From NCBI RefSeq assembly GCF_006345805.1, contig NC_043004.1:56172001-56236000 (forward strand): DNA of 64,000 bases. The letters run 5' to 3'. Under the pieces are notes generated by a model, which saw nothing but the letters and a program-made list of their open reading frames with translations, searched no databases and was not told the origin of the DNA. The position numbers and the translations under genes are program-made. The stretch is from Octopus sinensis. Its lineage: Eukaryota. Positions 11,973-24,378 of this stretch are shown piece after piece; the first letter of the stretch is position 1; each line of letters opens with the position of its first letter.

Positions 11973-12376
11973 ATATAAATTAAATTAGAGATAAAACCAC
12001 TATTAGGCAAATCAAACAGTGAAAAACATAAACAAAAACATAGAAATAAAATTAATTAATATAATAAACAAACTATATAAAATAATAAAAAATCACAATT
12101 TAAATTATTTAAATTTAAGGTTAAAAATTTAAAATTATTAATTTATATTTATAAATTTTTATATATGTATATTTTTATTTTTATTTTTACTTTTATTTTT
12201 TATTTATTTTTTATTTTTATTCCTTTATTTTTTTAAAATTAAATATATAAACTATCAAAAAGTATTAAAAAGTATTAAACATTTTAATACTTTTTGATAG
12301 TTATATATATGAAATAAAAAAATTATAATAAAAGAAATTGAAAAATTTTTAAAATAAAAATAAAAATAAAAATAAA

Positions 12377-12408
<32 letters not shown>

Positions 12409-12586
12409 TTATAAATGTAAATTAATAATTTTAAATATTTAACATTAAATTTAAATAATTTAAATTTTGAATTTTATATTTCATATATTTTGTATATTAT
12501 ATTAATTGATTTTATTTCTGTTTTAGTTTATGTTTTTCACTGTTTGACTTGCCTAATAGTGGTTTTATCCCTAATTTAATTTATAT
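11973..12586. repeat. ~610-bp AT-rich palindrome
   Basis: attaaattagagataaaaccactattaggcaaatcaaacagtgaaaaac is mirrored at 12530-12586; centre aactatcaaaaagtattaaaa / ttttaatactttttgatagtt around 12271-12281. Confidence 0.85.
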
Positions 12587-12696
12587 ATATATATATGTAT
12601 ATCCAGCTACTTATCTACCTATTTATCTATCTATCTATTTATCTATCTATCTATATCCCTCCCTCCCTCTCTCTCCCTCTTTCTCCCTCTCTCCCC

Positions 12697-12732
<36 letters not shown>

Positions 12733-12735
<3 letters not shown>

Positions 12736-13675
12736 GTCACCCTCGACTTAAAAACCTCACTTTATTACCCGTACCACAAACCAAATGAATCCCTTAGATA
12801 TATAGATATTAATTCCAACCACCCCAAAACCCCACCTAGTAAAAAGTGTCTCAATTAGAATTTCTAGCCTGTCCGCCACGGAAGATATCTTTAAGGCCGC
12901 AGCCCCCTATTACAACGAGGCCCTGGCCCGCAGTGGCTTTAAAGATAAGATTACCTATACTAGTATAGCCCCACGCCAACCCAGGAAAAATAGACGAAGA
13001 CACATTAGCTGGTACAACCGTGAGGTCGCTACACCTGTAGCTAAAATCTTCTTCACTCTCCTACAGAAACACTTCCCCACCCAACATAAGTACTACACTA
13101 TCCTAAATAAGAACACTATTAGACTCTCCTACTCTACCACGCCCAATCTAGCCAGGAACCTAGCCAACAACAATGTGAAAAAACTTAATACATCTACTTT
13201 TTCCGAGGCCCATCCAACGTCCGATAGCAATTGCAACTGCCCTGATAAAACCACCTGCCCCCTCAACAACAACTGCCTACAGAGGGACCTAGTATATACA
13301 TGCGAGGTAAGATCAGGCCCTGACGATAAAAGAAAATCCTACATCGGAATGACGTCAAACAGCTTTAAGACCCGTTGGTACGCCCACACACACTCGTTCC
13401 GGCGACCGGATAAATCCAACCAAACTACCCTCGCCGCCCACATCTGGTACCTTAAAAGGAACTCCATCCCCTTCAAGACCAAGTGGAAACTACTACAGAA
13501 GGCGCGTTCGTACACAGGAGGCCATACCTGCTGTGACCTTTGCATTTCGGAGAGCCTAGAGATCTTGTTCGCCAAAGGCCCTCTCCTTAACAAGATTTCA
13601 GAACACTCCCCAAATTGCATGCATAAGAATTATGCAAACTACAAGAACTATAGACCTACCCGGCAACCAGATTGA
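12733..13675 (+). pseudogene. 5'-truncated Penelope-like element (Naiad-type): RT thumb plus GIY-YIG endonuclease, one frameshift near 12830
   Basis: VTLDLKTSLYYPYHKPNESLRYIDINSNHP; RRRHISWYN; KHFP...NKNTIRLSYS; CNCPDKTTCPLNNNCL; LVY...YIGMTSNSFKTRWYAH; CDLC..E...LLNK..E...CMH. The frame is open from ~12840 to 13675. Confidence 0.85.
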
Positions 13676-13754
13676 TGACACCCCACCCACAAACCCCCCC
13701 CAATCCCACCCTTCCCCTAGCACCCCCGATTACCTTTTCTCCTAAGACCTTTCA

Positions 13755-13882
13755 CATATTGTATGTGCACGCTTGTATATGTGTATCGTATATATGTATA
13801 GAAATGTATGGGTATAGTAGGAATATACGCATCTATTATGTGTGTGTGTGTGTGTATGTATGTAAAAAAATATATATATGTA

Positions 13883-13914
<32 letters not shown>

Positions 13915-14198
13915 TATATGTATATATATATGTGTGTATGCATATGTATGTGCATATGTATGTGTGTATGTATGTGTATGTATATATAAAATATTATATA
14001 ATTAGGGCTTAGTAAAATAAATTACTTTGCCACATACTGAACTTTCTAGAAATAGCAGCCAAAAAAGTTTTTAGCCATTTCCACTACTTAAAGAAAATTT
14101 TCTCTCAGACAATGTTTACTCAAAAAATAATGGTCCTTTTACATACTGAATACTTGGTGAAATTGATTAATAACTAATTAACTTTACCGTCAATTGTT

Positions 14199-14243
<45 letters not shown>

Positions 14244-14244
14244 A

Positions 14245-14277
<33 letters not shown>

Positions 14278-14723
14278 GTGTGTGTATATATATATTTATA
14301 TATATGTAATAGATATATGTATATGTATGTGTATATGTATATATATATATGTATATAAGTGTACACGAGTATGTCGATGTATATGTAGGTATGTAAGGTT
14401 ATGTGTATGTGCATGTATGTGTGTGTATATACAGATTGTAGATGGGTATATATATGTGTGTGTATATATACATATATATATATGTATATATGTATGTGTG
14501 TATATATATATATATATGTATATGTGGGTATGTAGAGTTATACGTATGTGCATGTGTATATGTATGTATATATATATATGTATGTGTATGTGTATGTATG
14601 TATATATATGTGTGTGTGTGAGTATGTGTGTATATGTATGTATATATGTATATATGTGTGTATGTGTAGGTGTGGGTATATATATATATATGTATGTATA
14701 TATATATGTATATGTGTATATAT

Positions 14724-14765
<42 letters not shown>

Positions 14766-14908
14766 GTGAATATGTGTGTGTATGTGTACATATGTGTATA
14801 TGTGTATATATGTATATATATGTATATATATATATATGTGTGTAAGTGTGTGTATATATGTATATGTAAGTGTGTGTGTGTATGAGTATGTATGTATGTT
14901 TGCACACT

Positions 14909-14949
<41 letters not shown>

Positions 14950-15092
14950 ATGTGTGTATGTATATGTATGTGTGTGTGTATGTATATATGTATGTGTGTG
15001 TGTATGTGTGTATATGTATATGTATGTGTATGTATATATATGTATGTATATGTATATATGTGTATATGTGTATATGTATATATATATATATG

Positions 15093-15137
<45 letters not shown>

Positions 15138-15874
15138 GTGTGTATGTATATGTATGTATGTATATGTATGTGTGTGTATGTGTATGTGTATATGTACATA
15201 TACGTGTACGCTCGTGTGTTTATGTATATGTAGGTACGTAGAGTTATGTATGTGTGTATGTATATGTACATGTGTGTAAGTATGCATATATATATATATA
15301 TGTGTATATATATATGTGTGTAAGTTTATATGTATGTATCCGTCTGTATAATAGGTAACTGCACGTATATATACTTAATATTTATTATTTATTTTTGAGA
15401 GTATGCATGTATGTATATGAATAACTGCACGTATATATATTTTATTATATTTATTTTTGGTATGGATGTAATGTAATGAACATAAGGAGGCGCGACTGTG
15501 TTGTGTGTGTATGTGTAAGCATATGTATAGATCTATGTATACATTTACGCATGTGTGTACTAATGGTATACATGGATGCGCGTGTGTGTGGTGTGTGTAT
15601 GGGTACGCATGTATATGTGTAGTGTGTGTATGTGTATATGTGTATGTATGTGTGTTGTATATATGTATATGTATGTATGTGTATGTATGTATGTGTATAT
15701 GTATATATATATATATATATAATATATATATAATATGTACATGTATAGATGTATGTGTATGTGTATGTATAGGTATGTGTATGCATGCGCGTATATGTAT
15801 GTATAGTATACGTGTGGTGGTGTATGTGTATATATGTATGTATGTATAGGTGTTGATGTTGTATGTATATATAC

Positions 15875-15917
<43 letters not shown>
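13755..15917. repeat. Compound (TA)/(TG)/(TATG) microsatellite field (interrupted at 14000-14201)
   Basis: Direct inspection; source of the many Y/I/C/V/M pseudo-ORFs. Confidence 0.9.
14000..14201 (+). mobile_element. AT-rich ~200-bp (TA)n-adjacent repeat unit (family U)
   Basis: Shares agggtt..ccacatacYgaa..tagaaatRgcag..ggtc.ttt.catacYga..tact.ggt.aaatt with 23824-24030 (-) and 25811-26609. Confidence 0.55.
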
Positions 15918-15919
<2 letters not shown>

Positions 15920-17310
15920 CTACCGCCTGACCGTCGTACCTTGTCCCGACCCTACCATCACCAAACTAGAACGCATTCTCTTCCGCTTCTTGTGGAAAGG
16001 ATGCGTCCCGATGGTCAGGCGATCCATTTGCTGTCAACACCCGTTAAAAGGAGGGCTGGGCAGACGTGGTTGATGATGCGCAGACACGAGCTGAGACTGC
16101 GACATCTCCGGCTCTATGTAGACGACGGTGAACAGGTGTGGTCGCCGTTTGTGAGGCACGCATTCCCGCAACTCTCTCCATGACCGAACTACAGTCGTGG
16201 ATCAAAAAGAGGCCGAGGAAGGGCGTATGGCACCACGAGTGTCGCGTTGCTCTCAGCAACTCTGCCGTCCCGGGTCGACTTTGAGTGACTTCAACACAAC
16301 CAAAGCATTCTATAGGGGATTAGGGAGGGGAGGTACGACGACGATCTCGGGGAAACCTGGGCGTCGACGAGGAATACCTGACCCGCCTGTTTCAAATGAC
16401 TTTCGGCCCGGGACCTATGGACAACTTCCAGAGATCCCTGGCCTGGCGGTGCTACCGAGAAGCGCTACCCGTTCGGGATAAGCTCTATAGGCACGGCTCG
16501 AGAAACACGGGGCCGACCTGCCCGAGATGCGGTCAGAGCGACGAAACCGCTCTGCACGCAATCGTGCAGTGTCCAGCAATTTCCCACCAGGGGCTTATGT
16601 CGAACGACTGCTGTCACGTGTAGGACGTGTCGGTTTATCTGCCGAGTCTATTGTTAATATCGTCACGCCTCCTTCCTTCAAACGGGAAGGAAGAGCTATT
16701 TTTATCATACTCGAGGCTATGGCGAAAGAATGTATCTGGTGGACGCGCCTGAAAGGATTAGAGACAAACACTTTCCTCTCTGGTCAATCTCTCATCAACT
16801 TCTTCAAGTATCACTTGAGGAGGAAAGTGAGAGTAGAGAGGCAAGTTTTGTCTAGTGAATGTTTTAAAAAAAAGATGGGTGAATGTAGCAAGGATGGCAC
16901 GTATGAATGACGAAGCCACCTTGACTATGATTCTATGAACCGTAAAAATTAATACAGAGAGTTGTTTATTTACAAAAAAAAAATAAAAGAAAGAAATATA
17001 ACATGTGACTTCATTGACCGAGGTTACCGTGGTCTTTTCCGTAGGCCTTTCTTTCCACGGGAAAACCTCACCTGTCCTCCCCTTTACACTTCATATTGAT
17101 ATTTCTGTGATAACGATCCCTATTGAACAATTGTTTTTCCTCCCCCCACATTTTTTTAACCCACTCTTTTCTTGTCCTCTTTCTCTCCTTTTACGATCCC
17201 TTTTGATCGAACCCCCCCCATTTTTTTTCTTTTTTTTTATCTTCAAAAGAAAAGCTCTACCTTGTAATTTGTTCTATCTGTGTGCAGCCCTGTGTGGCTA
17301 ATAAAGAAAC
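15918..17310 (+). mobile_element. Tx1-like LINE copy A, 5'-truncated and decayed, followed by (TATC)n 17312-17394
   Basis: [12 protein letters not shown]... through the zf-RVT region to the stop at 16936-16938; 3'UTR ending AATAAAGAAAC; several indels. Confidence 0.92.
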
Positions 17311-17311
17311 A

Positions 17312-17395
<84 letters not shown>

Positions 17396-17961
17396 GTGTG
17401 TATGTATGTTTACATGTTTGCATGTGTTCGTTTATGCCCATGGTATTTTGCTTTTCAATGATAAACATTTACGACAATTCCCCAAAGGTGTTTCTGATAA
17501 TATTCTGCCGTTTTATAGGTGTATACATCTTATCATCAATCAGTTTGTAATTATATCTTCTTTCGTGTATTATTCGTAACAATATATATGCGCATATACT
17601 CACATGCGTGCAGGCATACATACATGCATACATACATTTAGTCATGCACAGTGACATACATAATGCATATATATATACACATACACACATACATACACAC
17701 ACATACATATGTAGTCGTTGGTTAAGTTCCTTCTTAACCACGTGGTTTCTGGGTCGATTGAACTGCTCATGCACGCGCGCACACACACGCACACACACAC
17801 AAATACACATATTTGAATTAAATTTGGATATAAGCTTTGTAATATACTATACAATGATTTTTTACACAGTTATTGGCTACTGAATCCCATCGTACAATGG
17901 GAATACTCTGGTCACTGGATTCACATCTGATATTCCATTGTTTTCGAAGAGCATATGGAAG

Positions 17962-18175
17962 GAAATTACGGAGATGTACTTGCATAGCAAGTGACCTGAT
18001 CCGAGATCGTGTGCTGCAACGAAAACAATTGCAGTGTGGAAGGTGTTTATAAGCCATTTAAGAAACACACAAAAACCGTTAGATTCACTTCAACATTTAA
18101 GTTTAATTTGTCAAAATATTTTCGTCGCTTTGAGACCGCGACCTGATCACTGACAAAATTCCATGCTGCATCTAT
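17962..18175 (+). mobile_element. Unclassified interspersed repeat, uninterrupted copy
   Basis: Matches 10195-10318 plus 10525-10620. Confidence 0.65.
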
Positions 18176-19404
18176 AAAAGGAAATGAATAATAGAAAACG
18201 GATTGAACGGCATTCTTTATTGCATTGACTACCGTTGTTTTGCACCTGTCACATCCGTAGTATATTGATGACATGACATAATTAACAAATTGTGTAATCA
18301 CTACCATTTATGAAATGTGTAAATTTTTTTCCTTCATGTGAATATGTTGAATATGTCTGACTGTCATTTCACTCTATAAAAAACGAATACTCAAAGCCAG
18401 AAAGAAGGAGCAATGTTTCTTAGACAGAAAGCGAGTGAATGAAAAACACTTGAATTATCGGTTGTTACTGTGATGTATTAATTAGTACGACTGTGGTCTA
18501 GTTGCCTCCGTAAAGAAGACCGGCCCGAATGCTTATCACATTAAGAACTATCTTTAAGTTAGCCGCAAGCCTGCTAGTGGTATTAGAACAGGCAACAAAG
18601 TAGGTATGTTATTGATAAATACCACCCACAGCTTATCTCAGAGGCTTCTACACAAACCCCTTTTTTGTCAATTTCATTCGCACTTCTTGAATTGGCCTAT
18701 TCTGCTGGACACTTGTTCAAGGATAGAATCACAAACTTTGCATTTACAAAGGCAACTTCTTAAAGATTGTTCTATAAAATATAGTAAATAAATAGTAACT
18801 TCTTGATTTGAAATAATGCCAATATTTCAAGTGAGTAAGACCATGGAATAAACACCAGTATTGATATTTAGTTTATCGACGCCAATCTATGAAAGGCATT
18901 ATTTCATCGATCCCTTGGCGATGTAAGGATACTTCACCTCTGATGCGATTTGAAGATTTACCAAGATGTAAAGGAAAATAAACACTATAAATACATTGAG
19001 ATATATTGAATATGCAAGATGAATTTGCGATAATGAATTTAAATATCAGTAATATTTGTATTGATTGACTATTAGTAATGATTGAAAATTCGTATTTATC
19101 ATTGTCTATTCGTAATAAACATTATCTATAAGCGATTAGCGTTATTGACTTGAGCAGACATCGAAGTTTAGTTTCGTTCATAAGAGTATTATAAATTTAA
19201 GAGAAGTAGAATTAGTTTCGGATCATTACCTCGGTCTGCCTCAAGAAATCAGATACTACATTGTGACTGGTTTATATATCTATCATTATAAATATTATGA
19301 CTTGAAAGACAAATGAATATCAAAAGTAATAGACTGTCAGGCTATATCAGAGTATTATGTATGAAGAATCAAATTTCCGGTTCAAATAAAAAGTGAACCA
19401 AATT

Positions 19405-19612
19405 GTTTCAGTCGCTGGGACTGTGGTTCCTCTAGGTTAATGCCTTGGAGTGTTTAGTCGAACAAATGGACTCCATTTATTTTTAAGTCTGTACTTATTC
19501 TATCGTCCGCTTTTGCTCAACTGTTGAGTTAGAGGGATGTCAACGAACCAGCACGGGTTGCCTAGCAGTGGTGTAAGTCAAACATAAACACACGCGGGGA
19601 CACACGCACACA

Positions 19613-19649
<37 letters not shown>

Positions 19650-19710
19650 TACAGAGTTGTTTCAATCTCCGTTTGTCAAATCCACTACAAGGCTTTCGTC
19701 GACTCGGGAA
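19405..19710 (-). mobile_element. Old SINE family X copy
   Basis: Diverged gtacttattctatcg..ttttgc and caaatccactacaaggcttt motifs. Confidence 0.55.
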
Positions 19711-19864
19711 GTAAAGTTCTTAGAGCGCAGCCACACCTAAATAATTAAATATTATAATTACTGTTGTTAATAAGATATGAACAGATCTCATCCGCGGTAG
19801 ATCGGTTTTGTGATCGAGTTTGATACTCGGTTATTGTAAATTCATTTTGTTTACGCAGCTTATA

Positions 19865-19911
<47 letters not shown>

Positions 19912-19960
19912 TCAAAGGCCCTTCCGAGCCATAAACTCATAAGGCCGGATTCCAGGATTC

Positions 19961-20190
19961 TTATTTCTTTACTGCCCACAAGGGGCTAGACACAGAGGGG
20001 ACAGACAAGGACAGGCAAACGGATTAAGTCATTTATATCGACCCCAGTGCGTTACTGGTACTTAATTTATCGACCCTGAAAGGATGAAAGGCAAAGTCGA
20101 CCTCGACGGAATTTGAACTCAGAACGTAACGGCAGACGAAATACGGCTACGCATTTCGCCCGGCGTGCTAACGTTTCTGCTAGCTCGCCT
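19961..20190 (-). mobile_element. tRNA-SINE family Y
   Basis: Reverse complement of 1081-1313. Confidence 0.88.
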
Positions 20191-20261
20191 GGATTCTGTC
20201 GCATATATATTCCCCTTCAGCATACACGAGACACATGTATGTTGCAGGATTACACACTTTT

Positions 20262-20400
20262 GTTAACTGAGTGTAGTGGAGCAACTTGAAATGATGAGTT
20301 TTGTTCAAGAGCAAGATTCCCGGTTTAGGAATCGAAACCACAATCTTATGGCCATGTAAGCAGCACTCCTAACCACTAAACCATGCGTCTCTTTACGTAG
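20262..20400 (-). mobile_element. Old SINE family V head fragment
   Basis: Similar to 50370-50490 (ggagcaac.tgaaatg..gagttttg.t.aaga...gaatcgaa). Confidence 0.5.
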
Positions 20401-21255
20401 CTTATACTCATGGAAAAAACATTTGTGCGCAACACAAAATCTTGCTTCACCTCTGACCATAATACTTATCGTTGTTCTTGTATAATGTATAATAAGACCC
20501 TGTGCCAATTCCTGATTCTAACAACTATAAATTTAAAATTCCATTAATATATTCCTTCGGAAAGATAATCAGTGTTTATCGTTATATTGCAATTGATTAA
20601 TGTCATTCGTATCTCACCAGGCATCTTATTGCTGTGCTACATTTCCAAACAAGTTTCTATTCCCTCATGGAGAAGCGTTTTGCTATAATCCACTTGTTGT
20701 TTGCAATCACTATAGAGAAAAAAATATTACAATACTTTAAGCTAGTAAGACAGTTTAAAGCAAGTAAACATAAGTTCATTGCATTAAAGAATGCTCATTC
20801 TTTTGTTCAGAAACCTACGAACAACGCACGAACATCTGCTAAACGTAACTCAGATCGTGACTGTCACGTTTATGTTACTGTTGCATTAAAGAAACTAATA
20901 AAGACTATAGTAAACTGCTATTTTCACTCATTTATCTAAATTTCACTTGGTATGCAAAAATAAAAATCATTATTAACGCTGTATTGTTAAACAAATTACC
21001 AATAGAATAACGATTATTATTATAGTGGCTTTTGTTCTCCAAATTGATAAAGACGTCATGGCGACTATCATTGCTGTTACTTTTGGTTACTACTAGCGTT
21101 ATTGCTGTTATATCACGGCTTAGTACTTTATGCTTTTGTAAATCTGCCATCATCTCTGATCCGTCTCGTTCATCTTCAGTTGCAAACACTTACTCTCTAA
21201 AACTAAAGCTGTGGTGTTCCATCGATAAAGTAATTTCATTCTCGCATAGCATGTA

Positions 21256-21317
<62 letters not shown>

Positions 21318-21373
21318 CATGCACACACGCACAAACGCGCGTTCACACATACAGGGGCATAATGAAGAGATAT

Positions 21374-21491
21374 GTTTCTTTATTAGCCACACAGGGCTGC
21401 ACACAGACAGGACAAATTACAAGGTAGAGCTTTTCTTTTGGGGGCAAAAAAAAAAGGGTTTGCTTTTCGATCAAAAGGGATCGTAAAGGAT

Positions 21492-21497
<6 letters not shown>
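21374..21497 (-). mobile_element. Tx1-like LINE copy E: 3'-terminal ~125 bp only
   Basis: Minus strand reads acgatcccttttgatcg...aaaagaaaagctctaccttgtaatttg...gcagccctgtgtggctaataaagaaac|atatctct. Confidence 0.9.
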
Positions 21498-21550
<53 letters not shown>

Positions 21551-21636
21551 AATCCCAATGTGAAAGAGAGGTGGAAAGATATGTTTATGGTTACCACAAA
21601 TACACTACATCATTCGTGCTGGAGAATTTGTGTACG

Positions 21637-22137
21637 TACATGTATGTATGTATGTATGTATGTATGTATGTATGTATGTATGTGTGTATGTATGTGTGTA
21701 TGTATGTATGTATGTATGTGTGTGTGTGTATGTATGTATGTATGCATGTATGTATGTATGTGTGTATGTATGTATGTATGTGTGTGTGTGTATGTATGTA
21801 TGCATGTATGTATGTATGTATGTATGTATGTATGTATGTATGTGTGTGTGTGTGTATGTATGTATTTATGTATGTATGTATGTGTGTATGTATGTATGTA
21901 TGTATGTGAGTATGTATGTATGTATGTGTGTATGTATGTATGTATGTGTGCATGTATGTATGTATGTATGTATGTATGTATGTGAGTGTGTGTGTATGTA
22001 TGTATGTATGTATGTATGTATGTATGTATGTGTGTGTGTGTGTATGTATGTACGTATGCATATATGTATGTATGTGTGTATGTATGTATGTATGTATGTG
22101 TGTGTGTTTGTATGTATGTATGTATGCATGTATGTAT
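21637..22137. repeat. (TATG)n/(TG)n compound microsatellite
   Basis: Direct inspection. Confidence 0.95.
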
Positions 22138-22945
22138 AAGCGAGTGCCATATGTGTTTGTAGGAGTCTTTTTTGCTTTCGATGAACAAATTCTCTCGCTT
22201 CTCTCCACCTCTGCTTGTTTCTTTTGGCTGTTGTTCTCGAATAAAGCAGTTTAACTCTCTCCTATATTTCCTATTGTCCTTCTTTGTTCTCTCTCCATCA
22301 CACACACACATACTCTCTCTCTCTCTCTCTCTCTGCACCACTTTCTCCCTCTCTTTCCCTCTCTTTCCCTCCTCTCTCTCTGCATTTACTGTTTCTATCG
22401 TCTGACCTTGTTCCTTTGCTCTCTTCCTTTCCGGTTTCAACCCACCTCTATGTCCTCCATAATACTTTCTTTCACTAGCTGCAAGACATGTATCTATATT
22501 TTCCATTGGCGACGACTTTTGCACATTTTTATCTCATTGTAAGGCTTTATACATGTCTCGCTTGTCTCTTTTATATTCGAATACTATTTGGATTTCTTGT
22601 CTGTATTCCTTGTATGTCTTATTTTGTGACAATTATCGCTTGCAGCTTGTAGATTTAGCTGCTGCACACCGTTAAACAATTTATGTTAACGGTACTATGT
22701 TTTCGAAACCACATATAATGGATAGCTGTTGGCGGTCGACATGTCAATTTTCGGTTTATAAGGTATTTTGTTAACACAGTGCATGGTTCAGTTTATTGTC
22801 TTTTTTGTCGCTTCTAATTGTCTTCGTCTATTCTTAGCCACAATCTAAACTCTTGTTTAAATACTTTTCTGGGTTTTATTTCAATTTCTACATCTAATTC
22901 ATAACTCACTAGTCACACACACACATACACACAGACACACACACA

Positions 22946-23215
22946 TAACTTATATAACTTAGATATGTTTCGACCAAAGATTGGTCCAGGCCATGTCTAA
23001 CTTAATAGCACCACCTGATAGGATTATTCGAATTCTGTTTAAGTCAAGTTTTGTTCAAGTAGTGAGTTCTTGTTGGGTGAGTTGTATCCAATTATGGGTG
23101 GCTTATCTGGTATTCTTTAAAGGAATCTATCCAGACTCCGTTTAAAGTTGATGGGATCCTTTTCCTCTTTGATCTCCCTCGGGACAGTCGGCAAATTGCT
23201 GAAAACAGAGAAAAC
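22946..23215 (-). mobile_element. 3' end of a CR1/L2-like LINE (clade uncertain)
   Basis: Minus translation FSNLPTVPREIKEEKDPINFKRSLDRFL*RIPDKPPIIGYNSPNKNSLLE resembles LINE RT C-termini; terminal hairpin GACCAA-tct-TTGGTC and a short taagttata repeat tail. Confidence 0.55.
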
Positions 23216-23378
23216 AGAACTGTGCTTTGGGTATTCATTCTTGTACAGAGAGAAATGTCAGTATGATATAAAAAAGGAACTATTCAAACACATTTTAAAG
23301 CTTTGATGGATGACAGATATTGCGCACTAGTTAATTATATCACCTTGCCAATGTACTACGGGTGTAATGATGTGTAGA

Positions 23379-23727
23379 AATCTACCATGCTCCGCCAGAC
23401 TTCACTGTCCATCATGGCATTACGGAGGTCCTGTTGCTCGATGCCTGTATCCCTGGAGATTACATCAGGGTAGGAGAGTGTGCGCCTTCTGGTATTGCGA
23501 GTAGATGGCTTCCAGAGGAGAAGAGTAGAAATTACCTCTTTTTCAGCTCTACAACAATGTCCAGCAAACTGGACTCTCTTACCTTTCACAAGATATGACA
23601 CAGGTGGTAGTTTCCCATATATTTGCATTTTGGTTGGATGGCGCTTCCACGAGAGATTTTGAGCTCTCATAAGGAGGCGAGTGTAAGCTCCATCCAACCG
23701 CCTCTCAAGCTTCTTTGATAACGCAAA
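23379..23727 (-). mobile_element. RTE-clade LINE C-terminal fragment
   Basis: LDGAYTRLLMRAQNLSWKRH...YGKLPPVS...RVQFAGHCCR...LLLWKP...DTG...LRNAMMDSEVWR, typical RTE C-terminus. Confidence 0.8.
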
Positions 23728-23765
23728 CACACACTCATACACGTAAGTATATGTATACCTATGTA

Positions 23766-23822
<57 letters not shown>

Positions 23823-23823
23823 T

Positions 23824-24030
23824 CAATAATAATAAGGGTAAATTAATTAATTAATAATAAATAATTTTACCAAGTAGTTCGGTATGTTAAAAGTAGTATT
23901 ATCGATAAACTTAAACAAAATTTTTTTTATAAATATGAGTATGGTAGAGAAATAGTTAGTTTTAACTGCTATTTCTTAATTTCGGTATGTGGTGAAGCAA
24001 ATTTTTGCTGAACCCTAAGTATAATTATAA
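23824..24030 (-). mobile_element. Family U unit next to (TA)n
   Basis: Motif match to 14000-14201 and 25811-26609. Confidence 0.5.
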
Positions 24031-24084
24031 TCATGATTATAAGAAGTTTTTGTATATGTATGTATGTATGTATATAGTTAATCC

Positions 24085-24290
24085 AAACAAGAAAACACGA
24101 AAAAAATACAACAACGCGAGGACGTGGAACAAATAAAGTATTATTGGACGCTCAGGAAAGAAGGGAAGAAGGAGGGTTTAACGTTTCGAGCGGAGCTCTT
24201 TGTCGGAAACATAGGAGAAGGAAAGATCCAGAGAAGGGAAGACAGAGGAAAAAAAATTGTCAACGGTACACACGCGGTCACATTTTGAAA
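24085..24290 (-). mobile_element. Putative non-autonomous PLE-type repeat with degenerate hammerhead (24176-24210)
   Basis: Minus strand: GTTT-CCGACAA-A-GAGC-tcc-GCTC-GAAA-CGT-T-AAAC; stems intact, core mutated. Confidence 0.45.
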
Positions 24291-24322
24291 TTTGTGTTTG
24301 TACACACACACACAGACAGACA

Positions 24323-24378
<56 letters not shown>

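Noticed and set aside
13673-13740. SECIS-like ATGA...AAA...GA after the Naiad stop codon
   Set aside because: Both flanks are C-rich and cannot pair to form helix II, and the ORF has no in-frame TGA.
18674-18771. Minus-strand Cys-rich candidate terminal exon EQSLRSCLCKCKVCDSILEQVSSRIGQFKKCE*
   Set aside because: Short, no recognisable domain, and cannot be linked to other exons.
13672-22524. Long ORFs rich in Y/I/C/V/M/H/T (e.g. 14399-15271, 21610-22524; also 40370-41179)
   Set aside because: Translations of (TA), (TG), (TATG) and (CATA) microsatellites with no coding signal.
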